Origin: Actinomycetales bacterium
GTDB taxonomy: Bacteria; Actinomycetota; Actinomycetes; Actinomycetales; CAVURS01
Direction of reading: 5' to 3'
Assembly: GCA_045807245.1 (NCBI GenBank)
Contig: JBJMHS010000078.1
Location: forward strand, 1 to 64,000
DNA: 64,000 nucleotides
Part shown: positions 59,869 through 64,000 of the stretch, one piece after another
How the letters are laid out: the number at the start of each line of letters is the position of its first letter
How positions within the stretch are numbered: the stretch's first letter is position 1
Position numbers and translations under genes: made by a program
The notes under the pieces: generated by a model
Database searches by the model: none
Seen by the model: only the letters and a program-made list of their open reading frames with translations
What the model was told of the DNA's origin: nothing

Positions 59869-60956
59869 GTACCGTCGACCTGGGCCTGCCCGGCGGTGTG
59901 CCGGCCGGCCTGCTTGGCGTGCCGCGGCTGCCTGAGGACGCCCCAGCGCAGACCAAGAAGGAGTTCACCTCGGACCAAGAGGTCCGCTGGTGCCCGGGCT
60001 GCGGCGACTACGCGATCCTGGCCACGATGCAAGGCTTCCTGCCCTCCCTCGGCCTGCGCCGGGAGAACGTCGTTTTCGTCTCGGGCATCGGCTGCTCGTC
60101 GCGCTTCCCGTACTACCTGGACACCTACGGTTTGCACTCCATCCACGGGCGCGCACCCGCCATCGCGACCGGGCTCGCCGTCTCGCGCCCGGACCTCTCG
60201 GTCTGGGTCGTGACGGGCGACGGAGATGCGCTCTCCATCGGCGGCAACCACCTGATCCACGCCCTGCGGCGCAACGTCAACCTCAAGATCCTGTTGTTCA
60301 ACAACCGCATCTACGGCCTGACCAAGGGGCAGTACTCCCCGACGTCCGAGGTCGGGAAGGTTACGAAGTCGACGCCCGTGGGCAGCGTCGACAACCCGTT
60401 CAACCCCGTCTCGCTCGCCCTCGGCGCGGAGGCCACGTTCGTGGCCCGCACGATGGACAGCGACCGGGCCCACCTGATGGACGTGCTCCGCCGCGCGGCG
60501 GAGCATCGCGGCACCGCTCTGGTCGAGATCTACCAGAACTGCCCGATCTTCAACGACGGCCCCTTCGACGTGTTGAAGGACCGCGAGGAGTCGGCTGCCC
60601 GGCTGATCAAGCTGCAGCACGGGGAACCGCTGACGGTGGGCGACGGCGAGGTGCTCGTGCGTCGCCAGGACGGCGGCATCGCTGTCGTGCCAACGGGTTC
60701 CGTCGATGACGCGCAGGTGCTCCGCCACGACGCCCACGCCGAGGACCCGTCCCAGCAGTTCGCCTTGTCCCGGCTCGACGACCCGACGCTGGCCCGCGTG
60801 CCGGTCGGGGTGTTCCGCGAGGTGAGCCGCCCGACGTACGACGACCTGGTCCGGTCCCAGGTGTCCGAGGCGCAGCAGCGGGCCGGCGGGCCGGTCACGG
60901 ACGACGACCTGGCCCAGCTGCTTGCGGGGCGCGACACCTGGACCGTGGAGGCGTGA
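59865..60956 (+). CDS. korB: 2-oxoacid:ferredoxin oxidoreductase beta subunit
   Basis: WCPGCGD, SGIGCSS, GDGD...NN..YGLTKGQ.SPT. Confidence 0.9.
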   Translation: MSTVDLGLPGGVPAGLLGVPRLPEDAPAQTKKEFTSDQEVRWCPGCGDYAILATMQGFLPSLGLRRENVVFVSGIGCSSRFPYYLDTYGLHSIHGRAPAIATGLAVSRPDLSVWVVTGDGDALSIGGNHLIHALRRNVNLKILLFNNRIYGLTKGQYSPTSEVGKVTKSTPVGSVDNPFNPVSLALGAEATFVARTMDSDRAHLMDVLRRAAEHRGTALVEIYQNCPIFNDGPFDVLKDREESAARLIKLQHGEPLTVGDGEVLVRRQDGGIAVVPTGSVDDAQVLRHDAHAEDPSQQFALSRLDDPTLARVPVGVFREVSRPTYDDLVRSQVSEAQQRAGGPVTDDDLAQLLAGRDTWTVEA

Positions 60957-61957
60957 GCGGCGCCCGGCCGGCGCCCGGGCCCACTGCAGAGCTCGAGCAC
61001 ACTGCGGCCTTCGCCGACGAACAGGCTCGGCTCGGTACGGCGTTCGGCGCGCTGGCGTTCTTCCTCTGGGGTTCGTTCCCGCTGTACTTCCGGGCACTCG
61101 AGCCGGCGAGCGCGTTCGAGATCCTGCTGCACCGCGTGGTCTGGGCCCTGGTTGTGTGCCTGCTGGCGATGGCGATCTCGCGGCGGCTCGGCCTGCTGCG
61201 GGACGTCCTGCGCACCGGCCGGCTGGTGGCCGCGCTCTCCCTGGCGGCGGTGCTCATCGCCGTCAACTGGGGCGTCTACATCGCGGCCGTGAACAGCGGG
61301 CACGTCGTCGAGGCCGCACTGGGGTACTTCATCAACCCGCTCGTCACGGTCGTCGTGGGCGTTGTGGTGCTGCACGAACGGCTGCGTGGCCTGCAGTGGG
61401 CTGCGGTCGTCGTGGGTGCCGTCGCGGTGGTCGTGCTGACCCTGGACTACGGCCGCCCGCCGTGGATAGCGCTCGTGCTGGCGGCGAGCTTCGCGTCGTA
61501 CGGGTTGGTCAAGAAGCAGGTCGGGCCCCGCGTGACGGCCCTGGCCAGCCTCACGACCGAGACGATGGTGCTGGCACCGTTCGCGGTTGCGGCGTTGGTG
61601 TGGATCGAGCTGACCGGGCGCGGCAGCTTCGGTGACGAAGCGCCGTGGCACGGGCTGCTGCTCGCGACGACGGGGGTGGCGACCACGGTGCCGCTGGTGC
61701 TGTTCGCCGCCGGGTCGCGCCGGGTGCCGCTGTCCACGATGGGGCTGCTGCAGTTCATCACGCCGGTGCTGCAGCTGCTGGTCGGCGTGCTGCTCCTGGA
61801 CGAGTACGTGCCGGGCGCGCGCTGGGTCGGGTTCGGCTTGGTATGGGTGGCACTGGTCCTGCTGAGCGTCGACTCGGTGCGCGAGTCGCGAGCCAGGACG
61901 CGAGCGCGGGCCCGCCGGCTGATGTGTGACGAGGAGTTCGGCCCGCAGACCGTGTGA
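60953..61957 (+). CDS. rarD: RarD / EamA-family transporter
   Basis: WG.FPLYF, EILLHRVVW, EAALGYFINPL, GLLQFITP. Confidence 0.9.
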   Translation: MSGARPAPGPTAELEHTAAFADEQARLGTAFGALAFFLWGSFPLYFRALEPASAFEILLHRVVWALVVCLLAMAISRRLGLLRDVLRTGRLVAALSLAAVLIAVNWGVYIAAVNSGHVVEAALGYFINPLVTVVVGVVVLHERLRGLQWAAVVVGAVAVVVLTLDYGRPPWIALVLAASFASYGLVKKQVGPRVTALASLTTETMVLAPFAVAALVWIELTGRGSFGDEAPWHGLLLATTGVATTVPLVLFAAGSRRVPLSTMGLLQFITPVLQLLVGVLLLDEYVPGARWVGFGLVWVALVLLSVDSVRESRARTRARARRLMCDEEFGPQTV

Positions 61958-61981
61958 GCCACACCCTCCCCCTTCCGACGC

Positions 61982-62071
61982 GCTCTGCTGTGATCCGGTG
62001 GAGACTCAGAGCAGCGGGCGTTGCCTTCACGACCGGCTCTGCTGTGATTCCGGTGTGGATCAGAGCAGAGC
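61982..62071. repeat. Two tandem ~35-bp palindromic (REP-like) units
   Basis: GCTCTGCTGTGATCCGGTGGAGACTCAGAGCAGCG and GCTCTGCTGTGATTCCGGTGTGGATCAGAGCAGAGC between convergent genes. Confidence 0.7.
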
Positions 62072-62115
62072 GCAGTCAGCGCGTCGCGCGACGCTCGGCT
62101 CGGCTCGGGCTGAGG

Positions 62116-63111
62116 TCAGCCGGTGCGGGTGACGACCCCGGCCGCCAGCGCGTCGAGCGCGTCGCGAACCGGCCCGTCGGGCAGCGGCTTCAGCGCCGCC
62201 CGGGCGGCGTCGGCCCAGGACTGCGTCTCGACCCGCGCCTGCTCGAGCGACGGGTGCGCGCGCAGCAGGGCCAGGGCGCGCGAGTGCAAGTCGTCGTCGG
62301 TCAGGTCACCGGACAGCAGCGCGAGCAGCTCGGCGTCCGCCGGGTCGGTCGACGTCCGGGCCAGCAGGACCGGCAAGGTGGGGATGCCTTCGCGCAGGTC
62401 GGTGCCCGGTGTCTTGCCGGACTCCCCCGTCTCGGAGGCCAGGTCGATCAGGTCATCGGCCAGCTGGAACGCCACACCGATCCGCTCCCCGTAGTCGACC
62501 AGGACGTCGACGACGTCCGGAGGGCATCCGGCGAACTCGGCCCCGAACCGGCCGGAGGTCGCGATGAGCGCGCCGGTCTTGTCGGCCAGCACACCGAGGT
62601 AGTGCTCGACCGGGTCGTCCCCCTCAGCCGGACCGACGGTCTCGCGGGTCTGGCCGGTCACGAGCCGCTCGAACGTCCGCGCCTGCACCTTCACGGCCTC
62701 CGGCCCCAGCTCGGCGACGATCCGCGAGGCCCGGGCGAAAAGCAGGTCGCCCGTCAGGATGGCGACCGTGTTGCCGTACTGCACGTTCGCACTCGTCGTA
62801 CCGCGACGCAGCGAGGCGTCGTCCATCACGTCGTCGTGGTACAGCGACGCGAGGTGGGTCAGCTCGACGACGGCCGCCGCCTTCAGGACGTCCGGCCCGG
62901 CACCGCTGCCCAGCTGGCTGGCCAGCACCGTGAGCAGGGGCCGGAACCGCTTGCCGCCCGCCGCCATGAGATGGCCGGTTGCGTTGCCGAAGGCCGCATG
63001 GACGTCACTGACGGCTTCGGCCAACAAGTCCTCGACATCGTCCAGCCCGCGCCGCAGCGCCGCCTCGAGCGCCGGGTCGCCCGTCGGCAGGCCAGCGCCG
63101 GCGAGCGTCAC
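62116..63111 (-). CDS. Polyprenyl diphosphate synthase
   Basis: GGKRFRP, YHDDVMD..RRG, FQLADD, GKTPGTDLREG. Confidence 0.94.
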   Translation of the reverse strand: MTLAGAGLPTGDPALEAALRRGLDDVEDLLAEAVSDVHAAFGNATGHLMAAGGKRFRPLLTVLASQLGSGAGPDVLKAAAVVELTHLASLYHDDVMDDASLRRGTTSANVQYGNTVAILTGDLLFARASRIVAELGPEAVKVQARTFERLVTGQTRETVGPAEGDDPVEHYLGVLADKTGALIATSGRFGAEFAGCPPDVVDVLVDYGERIGVAFQLADDLIDLASETGESGKTPGTDLREGIPTLPVLLARTSTDPADAELLALLSGDLTDDDLHSRALALLRAHPSLEQARVETQSWADAARAALKPLPDGPVRDALDALAAGVVTRTG

Positions 63112-64000
63112 GGTACGAACAAGGCCGAGTGCGAGGCCAGGTCCAGGACGGGCTGCGGGAACACGCCGAGGATCACGGTCATGGCCACGCCGATCGTCAA
63201 CGCGACCGTCATCATCGCGCTCGGGATGGCCACGGTGGTCGCGTCACCCGTCGGCTCGGAGAAGTACATGAGCACGATGACCCGCACGTAGAAGAAGGCC
63301 GCGATGGCGCTGGCGACCACCCCCACGACCGCCAGCCACGTCGCACCGTGCGCCACGGCGGGCGCGAACACGGCGAACTTCGCGGTGAACCCGGATGTCA
63401 GTGGGATGCCTGCGAACGCGAGCAGGAACAGCGCGAAGACACCGGCGATCAACGGGTGGTCCTTGCCGAGCCCGGCCCACTGCGACAGATGCGTCGCCTC
63501 GCCCGCGCTGTCCCGCACCAGGCTGACGACGGCGAACGCACCGATGGTGCTGAACCCGTACGCCGCGAGGTAGAACAGCGTGCCCGAGACGCCGCTCTTG
63601 TCGAAGGCCAGGACGCCCACCAGGACGAAGCCGGCGTGGGCGATCGACGAGTAGGCCAGCATGCGCTTCACGTCGGTCTGCGTGATGGCCAGCACCGAGC
63701 CGACCAGCATGGTCACGATCGCCACGCCCCACAGCACCGGCTCCCAGTCCCAGCGCGACCCGGCGACGCCGACGTACACCACGCGCAGGATCGCGCCGAA
63801 CGCAGCAAGCTTCGTGCACGCCGCCATGAACCCGGTCACGGGCGTCGGAGCGCCTTGGTACACGTCCGGCGTCCACGAGTGGAACGGCACGGCCCCGATC
63901 TTGAACAGCAGCCCGATGCCGACCAGGGCGACGCCCGGCAGCAAGAGGCCCTGCGCCTGCCCGCCCTCGCTGATCGCCTTCGCGATGTCGCCGAAGTTCA
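63108..64000 (-). CDS. nuoN: NADH-quinone oxidoreductase subunit N (primary operon), 5' end outside the window
   Basis: FKIGAVPFHSWTPDVYQGAP, KRMLAYSSIAHAG, GIPLTSGF. Confidence 0.92.
   Translation of the reverse strand, partial: NFGDIAKAISEGGQAQGLLLPGVALVGIGLLFKIGAVPFHSWTPDVYQGAPTPVTGFMAACTKLAAFGAILRVVYVGVAGSRWDWEPVLWGVAIVTMLVGSVLAITQTDVKRMLAYSSIAHAGFVLVGVLAFDKSGVSGTLFYLAAYGFSTIGAFAVVSLVRDSAGEATHLSQWAGLGKDHPLIAGVFALFLLAFAGIPLTSGFTAKFAVFAPAVAHGATWLAVVGVVASAIAAFFYVRVIVLMYFSEPTGDATTVAIPSAMMTVALTIGVAMTVILGVFPQPVLDLASHSALFVP

Noticed and set aside
61982..62071. CRISPR array
   Set aside because: Only two diverged units, a ~19-bp spacer and no cas genes

Overview
High-GC actinobacterial chromosomal DNA. 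The right half (35.2-64 kb) is mostly housekeeping: tRNA-Tyr(GTA), an MFS pump, yajQ, sucrose phosphorylase, htpX, a second complex I operon (nuoABC-HIJ-KLMN, no nuoDEFG) interrupted by a prolyl aminopeptidase, a WXG100-like trio, an amino-acid ABC transporter, glpK, 2-oxoacid:ferredoxin oxidoreductase, rarD, a polyprenyl synthase and the end of another nuoN. The left part (1-21.3 kb) is accessory metabolism: phospholipase C, cutinase, an ArsR/SRPBCC/DHFR-like cluster, a YtfQRT-YjfF-like sugar ABC operon, and a MarR-linked gshA-gshB-MAPEG glutathione cassette. The highlight is a 13.8-kb tyrosine-integrase island inserted in tRNA-Tyr (55-bp direct repeats at 21408-21462 and 35244-35298). It carries a candidate nucleotide/DNA base-hypermodification (probably anti-phage) system: MazG+MazG_C fused to an Nmad1-like domain, a TylF-type O-methyltransferase, an aGPT-Pplase1-type helical protein and a thymidylate-synthase-like enzyme. 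Unusual additions are a dedicated ACP with its own AcpS, an XRE regulator, an IrrE/ImmA peptidase fused to a chagasin-like inhibitor domain next to a papain-like protease, and a separate kinase / 2TM protein / beta-RFAP-synthase-like module. All protein calls come from motif recognition by eye; no database searches were run. Several single-base frameshifts suggest possible assembly errors.
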